A stretch of DNA of 64,000 nt from Felis catus. Its lineage: Eukaryota. This document shows positions 11,801-23,800 of this stretch, one piece after another. The stretch lies in NCBI RefSeq assembly GCF_018350175.1, contig NC_058377.1, positions 102,548,001 through 102,612,000 of the forward strand, read 5' to 3'. Position numbers and translations under genes: made by a program. Position 1 is the stretch's first letter; every line of letters begins with the position of its first letter. The notes beneath the pieces are model-generated. The model did not search any database and was not told the origin of the DNA. It worked only from the letters and a program-made list of their open reading frames with translations.

Positions 11801-14800
11801 TTTTTAAAATTTTTATTTTTAAGTAGTCTCTACACCTAACGTGGGGCTTGAGCTCACAACCGCGAGATCAGGAGTCAAGCGCTCCTCCAACTGAGCCAAC
11901 CAGGCGTCCCAGGGAAAGGCTCTCTTTGAACCAGCTCCTATTTGGGACCCTAAATCTGTAACTGCTCTGTCCTCCTCCTGTTCTCTTCACTAGCCTGTAA
12001 CTGTCTGTTCTTACATCAGTCTGAGTCCCAAGAGGGGATGACTTTGGGGCCTAGAGAACCTGAAGTGGGAGGGAGAGTCCCTCTCAGTCGGCTGACATAA
12101 TTAGTGCAGGCATGGAGCCTTAGGAACTCATTAGGAACAATTTATCCTCCGTCTTTCTCTGTCAGGTAGGGAAAGCTGTGAGCAGAAATTATTGGCTGGG
12201 CTTGGTCATCAAAGGGTGACCTTGTGCCCTGGAAAAGCTTGAGTAGAACAGTTGAGGCCTTCCCTTCAGAACTCTAACCCTTCCTTCCCATTCGCTCAGT
12301 TTGCCCTGTACCAAAACTGAGCGGGAGAGTTATTGAGGATTCTGTTTTCATTCTTTTCCTCTTTCGCTGTCTGGGAAGGAGAGTGTCTGATGAAGGAACC
12401 CTCTTCCTCCCAGTTAGGTCCTAGATGCTGTGTTTAAGGTAATGGGTCTGGATCCTCATCTATCTTAGTTTAAGTCCCCTTTCGTGATTGGCAAGGGTGG
12501 GGGGCAGTGCCAGGTAAGAGGAATCAGCACTGTTTTGGGGGTCAGGAGACTAATTTTGGTAAAGTCTGTTCACTGTTGTGGAAGCTATTCTTTGTGTAAT
12601 GAAGAAGTTGACCTTGAGGAGTTTATTTAAGCACCATGACCCTTTATCCAGTGAGATCTTCCGTGGAAGCCCACTGCTTAAGACACGAGAGGGGGGCTGC
12701 TCTGCTTCAAGTGAGGCTGGTGTGGAGAGGCCCAGCCGCTTGGCGTCTCCTCTTTGCCTCTTTCGGGGATCCCTGTGTCTTTCTTAGGACTCCTGGCAAT
12801 AAGGTTTGAAATAAACCACTGAATTGCCTCTCCTAAAATCTCCTTGAGCTGTGAGTTAAAGTCAGTTAGTGTCTCTTTGTGTGTCTACTTCTCAAGTTGG
12901 AGGGAGGGCGTAGGGGTAAGATCTCTGCTGCAGGGGGTTCTCTGCGGGAAGGAAAAAAAGTCAGGGTTGTCCGGAAATCCATGATGGTCTTTCCAGTGTG
13001 TCCCATCCAGGAGAGTGCTTTCTGCTGTTCAGCTCCTGCCTCTAGCCCCTCCCAACTCTTTTACCCAGGGCGTTGGGTAACCTCAATGCCTCTCCCTCTG
13101 GTCCTTTTTTTCTTGACTGCAGAGGTGCTAGCACCTGATTTGAGTGGGAGTAGCCTCGTGATTTAGGGCATTAATTGAGCAGTGGATGTTCCTTTTACTT
13201 CCCACGTTGTTTTCACATCCAGGAATAAGTGCCCAAGTCCTACATCTTGCTCTCGGCTGCTTGAAAGTGTGCGTAAAGACACTGCAAATCAAGTGTTTTA
13301 AGAGAAACTTACCTACCTAGAAGGGGAGAAATTGTTTTCTCCTGGAATCTTGAGGATCCCCAGCGGCGGGAAGTGGAATATTCGTTCCAGCCTTGCCTCA
13401 TCAACAAGGAGCAGTAGCCATAGACTATGTGCCAGGCATCGGTGGAATGCATAGACCTATGCTTCAGGAGCTTAGCGCCTCTGTTTTAAGTGTTCTTGAA
13501 TTTCTAGTACCTCACAGAGGGGAAGTGGAATTAAGGATGAAGGTGGGGCTGGAATGATAATTGATGATGAGGGTGTTTGTTAATCATGTGGGGTTTTTTT
13601 TGGTGTGGGGGGATGCCTTCTATCCAGTGAATGCTCAATATTAAGACAGCTGGTTTAGAAAAGAATTCCAGGATCTTTTCAGATACGTCTCCTTCATTCT
13701 CATATCTATTATGTAGCTGAAGTAACACGATTGGAGTTCGCAGATTACCTAAGGCTACATAGCAAAGCATTGATTGAGATGGGATTAGGAGCCAAAGCTC
13801 GTTGACTCCTACTTTTTTCTTACCAGCAGCTTAACCATTTTTTATAACAGGGAAGTGTTAGAGAGGGCTTGGAAACAGATTTTCAGAAGTGTGGGGTTTT
13901 TTGTTTTTTGTTTTTAATTTTATTTATTTTTTAAAGTAATCTCCATGCTCAGTGCGGCACTCGAACTCACGACCCTTAGATCAAGAGTCGCATGCTTTTC
14001 CATCTGAGCCAGCCAGGTGCCCCGGGGAGTGTAGGTAATGAAACCCACTCTCCCTGAAAACAGGAGTACTGAATGGGTGGGCAGAAGAACCTGTTCTTCC
14101 TGGGTTGGTATAGGTCTGGGAGTCTCATCAGTGAGTCAGCCAGCCTTCTGGGCTACGGCCACTCCCTAGGTTTTGGAGCCCTGTGATTACTGCCATAGGC
14201 TGAGGACCAGCCCCAACAGCTCCTCCTCAGCTCATTCCTCCCTTCCTTCCATCGAAGGCAACAGATTCAGACAGGCCATTTGGAGTGGTCACCTAGGAAT
14301 CTGGCAAAGTACTATAGCAACTGCAAACCTCTCCATGAGCCAAGCAGAGTATGAGATGTGGCAGGAACGGACTCTGTTCCTTCACGCCTCTCCTTGGTGG
14401 GGTGTTCCCTCAGCTAGAGTGTGAAGGTTGGAAGCAGTGGGTTGGATTTCGATCTAGGGGCAGGTACTGCCTGTGAAGTTGACTTACTTGCATCATTTCT
14501 AGATGCTGCTCCTGTGGGGGTGGGCTTTATTTTGGCAGCAGATACCAGAACTGGATTCTGGGGTTACACACTTCAGCCGGGAAGAGTTGATACGAAGTTG
14601 CAGGAGTGGGGCGCCTGGCGTGCTCATTCGGTACAGCAGGCGACTCTCGATCTTGGGGGTGTGCATTTGAGCCCCACGTTGGGTGTAGAGGTTACTCTTA
14701 AAAATAAAGTCTTTGGAGGGGAAAAAGAAGGTCGTAGGGGTGACGTCAACTATCCAGGGGTGGTGGTTGGCAGCACACCCAAGAAAAACTGGGTGATTTT

Positions 14801-17800
14801 CTTCACTTGGAAATGGAGAAGCTGAAGAAGGAATGGGGTCAGAAAGACGGCCATCTGGGCCTTGGAGGGGCTGACATCTCCTCCTCCTTCACCTTAGTTT
14901 CCCTCAGGGATTGAGGAACCTGTAGTTTGTCGGAAGCTCAAGAGGCCACAGTGGCTACAGTTGTCCATTCTAGGAATGAGACTTTTTAATCGTGGGCACC
15001 TCTGTGTTCTAAGGATTCCATTTCTTTTTCCCCTTCTAATTATCTTCCCAGGCTGTAGGAGTCCAGTGAGTCACCCCTTCTCCTCTTCCCCTGGCGGAAA
15101 TCGAAGCGACAGCTAAGTGCTAGGGAGGGGCTCTGACCTGGATGACTGGTTTTCAGTTTCTCTCCCTCCCTCCTAAGGAGCCTAGGAGGTCAGGCTTTGG
15201 GTGGGGCTGTGTAAGGCCTCTTCTTGCTTGTATTCACCCCAAACCCTGCCAGAGTACGGGGACATCTTTTCTGAGCCAGAGAACTGCCACAGGATGAGGC
15301 TTCCGTGGGAGACGTGGCTGGAGTAAGACGAGAGCTGTGACGGAGGGTCTGTTTTCCCTTGAAATCAGGGCCTGCGCCTTGCTTCGTTATTTTGTTTCCC
15401 AGTTATGTGCTGACCCGCCAAGAGAAGCAAAGAGTTAATTGATATTTACTATGTAAAAAGTCTAGCACGCAATAAACACTGACTTACATTTTTTGGTTTT
15501 AATGAATGGCTAAATGGAATTTGAATAAATAGTTGGAGGTGGTCAAGACTTGTGAGATGCTTTGTGACCATCAGTTTTGGCTCTTATTAGTTTTATCTGA
15601 TTGGAGAGCTCAATTCCTGAAAATTGTCCTGATTTGTTCAGGGCTGTGCATTTTGATTTGATGGAGATAGAGCTCCTCTGTCAGGAGAATCCAGGGCTGC
15701 TGTGGATTAATTCTCCCGACTCATTTGCTGTCTTGTTCTCCTGGCCCCTTCTTCCTTTCTTTCAGTGAACTCTCCCTTTTCCTTCTGGCTGGTCTAGATA
15801 AAGGGGACAAGGACAGATGCTGTCCTCATTCTGGAGATTAAGTTCTCAGCCACAAAGCAGATTAGGGTACTTAGCCACTGTCTTGTAAGGGGAAGTTCTT
15901 CCTGAGCTGAGATAGGAGAGAGGGCACTTGATAGTACTGACAAAACAACCAGCGCATCAGATGTTCTGAAACTTCCAGCTCCCAGAGAAAGGAAGAGGTC
16001 TTATGGCGTTCCTACTCAGACTCCTGTCCTCACAGAAATGGCGCGTAACCCTGGACTAGGGCACCCTTTTCTTCTTGTCTTCTGTCAAAGAAAAGTTAAC
16101 CTAAAGCATATCTTTTTGTTTGGACCCTTGGAATATTGGATATGTTTGGCTAGTTTCTTTTTCCTATAGAATTCAGGGCTGATTTGGTCTGATACCTGCC
16201 CTCCCCCACCCCCGGCCCTGCCACTCTTCTACTTCATTTATAGGCCTCAAGAGGTCTAGTTCTGTGTCTTGGTAGCTAGTCTTTTCTGTGTGTGGTCCCC
16301 CTGCCTCCCTTGAGAACTAGCTTTTAGTTGAATAAAACTCTCAGGAATATCTGATGCAGGGAAGAAACTTTAGGCAGTTGAGAGTGGTTCAAAGCCAGCT
16401 GGGAAGAGGGAAGGGGAGCCAGAGAGGCAGGTGGTATCCCATGCTTTGTGCCAATGTGCAGGTCAGTGGGGCATGGCTGAGATCCAGCAGCCTGAGGCTG
16501 CTCGAGAAGGGAATGTGGCTGGTGTCAGTTACATACTTGGTCCCAGCTCTTGTGCCTGGCTAAAAGGAGGTGAGGACAGGTTCTGAAACATGGAAAGATT
16601 CACTGGGGAGGAATGAATCTGAAGAACACAGGCCTCAGTACAAGGGATTACAGTAGGAGAGAATTCTGAGTCTTGTACCTTGATCTACAATGAGTGTTTC
16701 TGTGGGAAACTAGACGTACTTGTGGAGAAGGATAAAGATAATTTGAGACCGTAGAGGTGGCACACGCAAGATTTCTAGCTCTGGGGCTGCATGATTGGTG
16801 TCCAGAGTGGTGGAGCATCCCCTCATTTTCTTTATTATCCGTACAGCTGTCCAGGACTCAGCCTCTACGTGTCACCTGCAGTGCCCATCTACAATGCCAT
16901 TGTTTTTCTCTTTGTGCTGGCCAACTTCAGCATGGCCACCTTCATGGACCCAGGGATTTTCCCTCGAGGTAAGATCTCTCTCTCCTCTTGGAACCTCCTC
17001 ACTACCTTTGAAAATTAGTGATTTTTGACATACACTTTTGGTCCCGGGCCTTAGGACTCCTAGGGGTTTGGGATACTTCTGTAGTCTAAGGCGAAAAGCG
17101 GGTTGGGGTCTTCTGGAATAGATGTCCTAACTTCTAGTCATGTGATTCACTTTGGGTCAACTCTTTGATTTTCAGTTACTCATTCATCAGAAATTCATTT
17201 CAAGCACATGGGCTGGGCATTATCCGTAGGCACAATGATAATCTACAGTGGATTAGACGGTTATCACAGTATGGGGTAAACTGGTGGGGGCATAGGCAGG
17301 GTTCTGGGAGAGCACAGAAAAGGGAGCATTTAGAGCTGCCCAAATAAATTGGGGAAATGCTGCGAGGAGGAGGCAGGAAAGACTTCAAGCGGAGGATGGC
17401 AGGGAAGTGTGTTCTCGGCTGAGGAAGCAGCAGGAGCCACGAATGCCATGCTTAGTGGGGTAGCAGACAGAGTGCACAGTGGGGCCAGACGGTGTAGGAG
17501 GTAAACCAAGAGCCAAATGGTGAAAGACTTTGGTGTGCTAAATTAATGGATGCTGTTTCTTCCTTTGGACAGCAAGAGGTCTTTAACTGGAGGAATCATG
17601 GGATCAGATTTTGTTTTACAAAAATAAATCTTATAAAAATGTACAGATACCTTTTGGGAGGCAATTGCAATAATGTAAACTAGATGAGAACTTGAATTTG
17701 AGGCTGGATTTATAGACTTTTTTTCAGTAGACTCAACAGAGTTCTTCATGACCGTTTGCTTATTGGGGGAGAGTAGGAGAGTGAAGGAATTGTCTAGGGT

Positions 17801-20800
17801 CGTCCCAAGGTTCCTAACTTGGGAGATAGTTGGATGCTGATTTTTATAAAACAAGATATGAGTTACAGGAATGTTGAACAGGTTTGGAAGGAAGACAGCC
17901 CATTAGACATGTTGAACTTGAGATAGTTATGGGTCATTCAGGTATAGTCAGCCAGCTGGCAGTTGTCAGAGACCTGGGTCTCATAGGCTTCAGCCATGTG
18001 GTGTTTGAAGCAACGGGAGTAAGGTTGTCTAGAGAAAGTACAAGGTAAGGAAAGAACCAAGGTCAGATCTGACCAGCCTTGACGTTTTAATGAGCAGAGG
18101 AGGAGGAGGAGCCACTGAAGAGGGACTGAGTAAGAAGGTTAGTAGGAGAAGAAACTGCACAGAGTGGGAACTAATAAGAAAGGTTCACGAAGTTCATGAT
18201 GGTTCGCAGTATCAGAAATTCGATCCAGTATGAAAAACTCAGAACTGCCCGTTGGAATTTGTGATCTTGACGAGAATAGTTGTCATAGTGTGTTTAGGTA
18301 TGTATGTGTGTGGGAAAAATACAGGTAAATAATAAACCAAACTGCTGTGGTTTGGAAGGCAGTGAATGGGCAGTGAGGAAGCAGAGTCCATGAATGTTAG
18401 GATTACTCTTTCAAGAAGTTAGAGAAGGCAGAAGGTGGATGTCTTACGAAAGAGGGAGAGGCTTTTGGCCTTTTTCTTTTTTGTGTGCTAGAGAAGATGG
18501 AAGCACTCTGGTCACGTGAGGAGGTGGAACCAGAGAGGCGAGGGAGATGGTTGAAGAGAGGCCTTCCAGAGTGAGGGTGTGCTTTCCTGCACACGTTGGA
18601 AGGGTTGTGCTTACAGAAGAAGCAGGCTGTTCTGGGAGAGGAGGTGAGAGTCAGGAACCGTCATTAGAGTTAGAAGTCGATAAGGGTTGTTGCTGATAAC
18701 CAGTTTTTCTGTCAAACGTGAAGTTAGCTTTTAAGAGTGAGAGATGAGGTTTTCCTGAGATCATTGCACTCACAAAGCCTGTGTCGCTGTGCTTTGTGAC
18801 TCCTGTCTCAAAGATTAGTTGAACCGAAGGAACTTGGAGTCCCTAAAGCCAAAGAGGACTGTTTTAATGAGCCTTTAATGTTCATATATTAAATATTTAT
18901 TGATCTAATATGAAAGGCATTATCGTGGTCATTTGGGATGACTTTTTTTTTTTCTAAAGGTTCTTGCTTTCAAATAGCTCAGTGTGGAAGGACAAATAGG
19001 GATGACGTTTATGTGAATAAATGTCCTGTACTGTGTGCTAAGGTCTAAGAGTAACTAAAGAACCATGTGGTGTTTTAAGAAGAGAAAGCGCTTGTTTCTG
19101 ATAGATGATGGGTGTGGAAAGATCAGAAATTTCAAAATAAGTAGCATTTTAATTTTTTTCCTTTAAAAGGAAGCTTGTTTTATTTTTTATCTGTTTTTTT
19201 AATGTTTGTTTATTTTTTAGAGAGAGGGAGGCAGCGAGCAGGGGAGGGGCAGAGAGAGGGAGACACTGGCTCCGAAGCAGGCTCCAGCCTCTGAGCTGTC
19301 AGCACAGAGCCTGATGCAGGGCTCGAACTCACAAACTGTGAGATCACGACCTGAGCCAAAGTCGGATGCTTAACCGACTGAGCCACCCAGGCACCACAAG
19401 AGGAAACTTTTTCTAAAAGACCTTAATAAGTAGTGAGTATTTATTATGCAGAAAGCATAAAAAAGAAACATATGACCTGTAATTACACAGCCCAAAGATA
19501 ACTACTATTTATATTTCCCTTTAGTGTTTTGAGGATTTATGTATATAGCATTTATATGTACCACTTACCTGTAGCAAACGTGTATGTGTTTTTGTGTCTG
19601 TTTTCAAAACGATCTTTTTGTTTGTACAGTTCTTTACCTTGCATTTTTTTACATATCTGTATTGTAAACACTTCCCCAGATCAGTAAAAGTTGGAAACTT
19701 AATTTTTAATCGCTGCTCCTTCGTTTATTTAATGTTTCCTTCCCACATGTATTTTTTCTAGATTAATAATAAAAAATAAAAATTGTACACAGCAGATGAG
19801 AAGGCAAATGTACTTTCAGTTTTGAAGTAGGATCATGAGTTTCTGATAGTTGAAAATTGAAAGGGCATTCAGGTAAGGAGAGTGTCTTGAGCCAGCAAAC
19901 AATACTGAAATATACAGGAGATTAATAGAATAGGGGAAGCTCTTTTGGGGAAGGGGTTTGTGCGTGGAAAAAAAGCTTGCTGTTAGTTCCTCTCTTGGAT
20001 TGCTGTAGTTTTCACGTATAGATGTTGAACTATTATGCCGACTCTTTGTGTATGTGCTTTGATATGTAAATTATTTCCTCAAAAATGTAATTCGTAATAT
20101 GTAAACCAAGTGTCAGCATACCCATGTCAGAGCTACCTCTGAGTCATATTCTCCCGAACCTCATTTCCCACCGTGTTCCCGTGGCGTTGGGTACAGAGCT
20201 GATCTCACGGTTTTAGTTACTAGTTCCTGTTCTCTCTTACCCATTAGACCGAATTCCTTGAAGGCAGAGGCCATACTTACATATCACTGCATCCCTCGTG
20301 CCGAGTCCAGTCCTGGCACCGTTGTTTTTTAATTGATTATTCCTCTCTTGCAGCTGAGGAGGATGAAGACAAGGAAGATGACTTCCGAGCTCCCCTTTAC
20401 AAAACGGTGGAGATTAAGGGCATCCAAGTGCGCATGAAATGGTGCGCCACTTGCCGTTTCTACCGTCCTCCCCGCTGTTCCCACTGCAGTGTCTGTGACA
20501 ATTGTGTGGAGGTAAGCACCCTGAGTGGGGTCGGCCTGGGTGCCTACTCTGAGTTCTCTTCTTCCCGCCCTTGGAAGAAGAATTGAATCCTCTGGATTCT
20601 GGGCCATGGATGAAATACAGCCCTGGCTAACGGTCTGGGCCGTATGGAAGCTCTGTCAAAAAGTGTTACCAGTGATGTACACGCGAGGGGTGCCTGGGTG
20701 GCTCAGTCGGTTAAGGGTCCGACTTTAGCTCAGGTCATGATCTTGTGGTTGGTGAGTTCCAGCCCTGTGTCAGGCTCTGTGCCGACAGCTCAGAGCCCAG

Positions 20801-23800
20801 AGCCTGCTTCGGGTTCTGTGTCTCCCTCACACTCTGCCCCTCCCCAGCTTGTGCTCTGTTTTTCTCTCTCTCTTTCTCTCAAAAGATGAATTAACATTAA
20901 AAAAAAAAAAAAAAAGGCTGTCTGCCGAGAGGTAGAGAGCATAACTATTTGTCTGTTATAGGAGGGACCCCAAATGGGAATGGGCTTTCCCGACACCAGG
21001 ATTCATAGCCCTAGCCTTCTGTCCCTTGACTCATCTTCTTGGTTATTGGTCCTGGCTTTGTGTTACTTCTTGCATCTACTACATCATGCAGTCCGTTGCA
21101 TTCAGACTTTACAGCTATATTTCTCTTCCTGCTTGAACTGCTGCAGCCCTCGTCTTTTATTTTTAAACCCTTTTTTTCCAATCAGTTTTTACTTAGCTGG
21201 AAGCAGTGGTCTGCCAGATTTTCCTTCCAGGCCTCTCTTCTCGTGAATCTTGATGTTTTTGCAAAGCCTCTGATATTCATCCCTTTTGGAGTTCTTTGGT
21301 CACATTGGATAAACTTTGATCAGCTTCTGGGAGGTCTTCCTTACAGCTTGATAGAGCAAGATAAACTGCATGAGCCTGTTGTTAATTTTGCAGCTGAACG
21401 GTGAACTTGATCACGTATTACTGAAAGTAAAACTTCAGTTCTGACATTTGTTCCTGCTGTTGACAGAAGCGATTTAGGGCTATGGTCCAAGGACGCTTCT
21501 CAGTCTTTCTCTTTTTGCCCCTAGGAATTTGATCATCACTGCCCCTGGGTGAACAACTGTATTGGTCGCCGGAACTACCGTTATTTCTTCCTCTTCCTCC
21601 TTTCCCTGACAGCACACATTATGGGTGTGTTTGGCTTTGGCCTCCTTTACGTCCTCTACCACATGGAGGAACTCTCAGGGGTCCGCACGGCTGTCACGTA
21701 TCCTTCAAGGCCTATAGGTTTCGGGCTGGGGAGGGGGGAGGAGGAGGAAAGCTGAGTGCTGTGGTGGCGCGGGTCAAAGGTCACGTGGCTGTTGCAGGGG
21801 CCGGGGATGGTGGGATCGAGCCGCTCTGTTCTCCTTGATTCTTTGGCTTTAGAATGGCAGTGATGTGTGTGGCTGGCTTATTCTTCATCCCTGTAGCTGG
21901 CCTCACGGGATTTCACGTGGTGCTGGTGGCCAGGGGACGCACAACCAATGAGCAGGTACGGGGAGAAGGGCTGGGAAACCTCTGTAGAGCTGGACGCGGG
22001 AGTCTTAGCCCTCCAGTAGGAGCGGAGTGGAGTGCTTCCGTAGATGGCTGCTTGATGGGTACTTTCTGTGATGCAGTGTCCATGCTCCTCATGCAGGCGT
22101 GAGCACAGAGCCATTCTCAGTTAACAACCATTTGCAGAATGCTCACTCATATACTGGACAGTTTGAATTCTGAGCTGATGGAAACAGTAATAGACCTAGG
22201 CCAGTGCTCAGAAAGCTTCTAGAGCTGCTTAAAGGAAAACTTATTTCTGTGCACGTAATAGCAGTGACCTTACTTGCTTACGTGTATATTATCTGCGTAT
22301 CCCCATTTCACATGAGAACACTGGGCCTACGGTCAAGTAGCTACCACGAAGTAGATGTAGGATTTGAACTGAAGACCCTGATTCTGGAGTCCCCATTCTT
22401 AGCCATGACAAGTAGAAGCTTCTTGACGGCAGGACTGTGTTTTACTCATTTTTTATCTCCCAAATGGTGGGTGCACAATAATTGATTTGTTTTGGCCTTT
22501 GGGGATCAAGGTCCCATCGCCTGACTGATAGGGCCCTTTTTTGCTCCTTCTAGGTTACGGGTAAATTCCGAGGAGGTGTGAATCCCTTCACCAATGGCTG
22601 CTGTAACAACGTCAGCCGTGTGCTCTGCAGTTCCCCAGCACCCAGGTACACCCACCCCTCTGGTCTAGTGTTCATTCTTGGTCAAAGCTTTTGTCTTTGG
22701 GCTTGTTCTAGTCTGGGGGGGGGGGGGGCGGGTTGGGTGGGAGACTGCCAGTTAGGGAGGGTTCTCTTACAATGGGAAGTGCCTACAAGGGAGAGAAATG
22801 GCATCCTTTAGTGGACCTTCTGAATTCAGTTGACATTCCTCAGGTATTATGGTTACTCTCCTTTGAGAGTTCAGGGTGAGATTTATTGCAGAGAGGCTTG
22901 ATCTAGGTATCTGCCCAGAGGCCTAGTCGTGGTGCAGTTCTTCATGGCATCTAAGAAATCAGTTCAGTGCTAAGCTTTTTGCTGCCTTGGTGAGACCGTG
23001 CTTGTATTTGTAAAAATGCTTAATACAAGGTAGGCAACCAATAGGTATTTTAGAATGAGTGAATGAAAGCCGTCTCACTCTTGACACTCAGGTACTTGGG
23101 AAGACCAAAGAAAGAGAAGACGATTGTTATCAGACCTCCCTTCCTTCGACCAGAAGTGTCAGATGGGCAGATAACTGTGAAGATCATGGACAATGGTATC
23201 CAGGGAGAGCTGAGGAGAAGCAAGGTGAGGAATTTAGGGAAGTAAAGTAGGTAACTTGGGGACTTGCACGGCAAAGAGATGGAAACTTGATTTTAGTTGA
23301 CATAACTCTTAACGGTATTTATCACTTTCTGACTTGTGTTAAAAATTACTTAAGTACAGCGGCGCCAGGCTGGCTCAGCTGGTAGAGCATGCAACTCTTG
23401 ACCTTGGGGTGATGAGTTCGAGCCCCACACTGAGAGTAGAGAGTTTACTTAAAATAAATAAATGAAAGAAAATCTTTTAAAGAACTAGTTAAGTACATAT
23501 CTTCTTTTTTCCATTAGATTGTGGGTTCACTGACGGTAGAATTTGAGTCCGTTCATTTCCATGTCTTCATAGGACTTAATGTAGCAGCTTCCAGATGGTA
23601 GGAGCTCAACAAATAGTTGGTGGAAATGAACAAATAAGTGACAGAATTAAACCTTGTTGAAGACTTTTCTTTATCCGTTGTCATCCCCCACATGGCTCTT
23701 GTCCCTTGTCTTCTAGTCCCAGTTTAGAAATACATAATTGGCGCCCCGGCACCCCTCTTGTACCGGTTTAATTAATCCTTGGAGCTGCCCTTACACCCAG

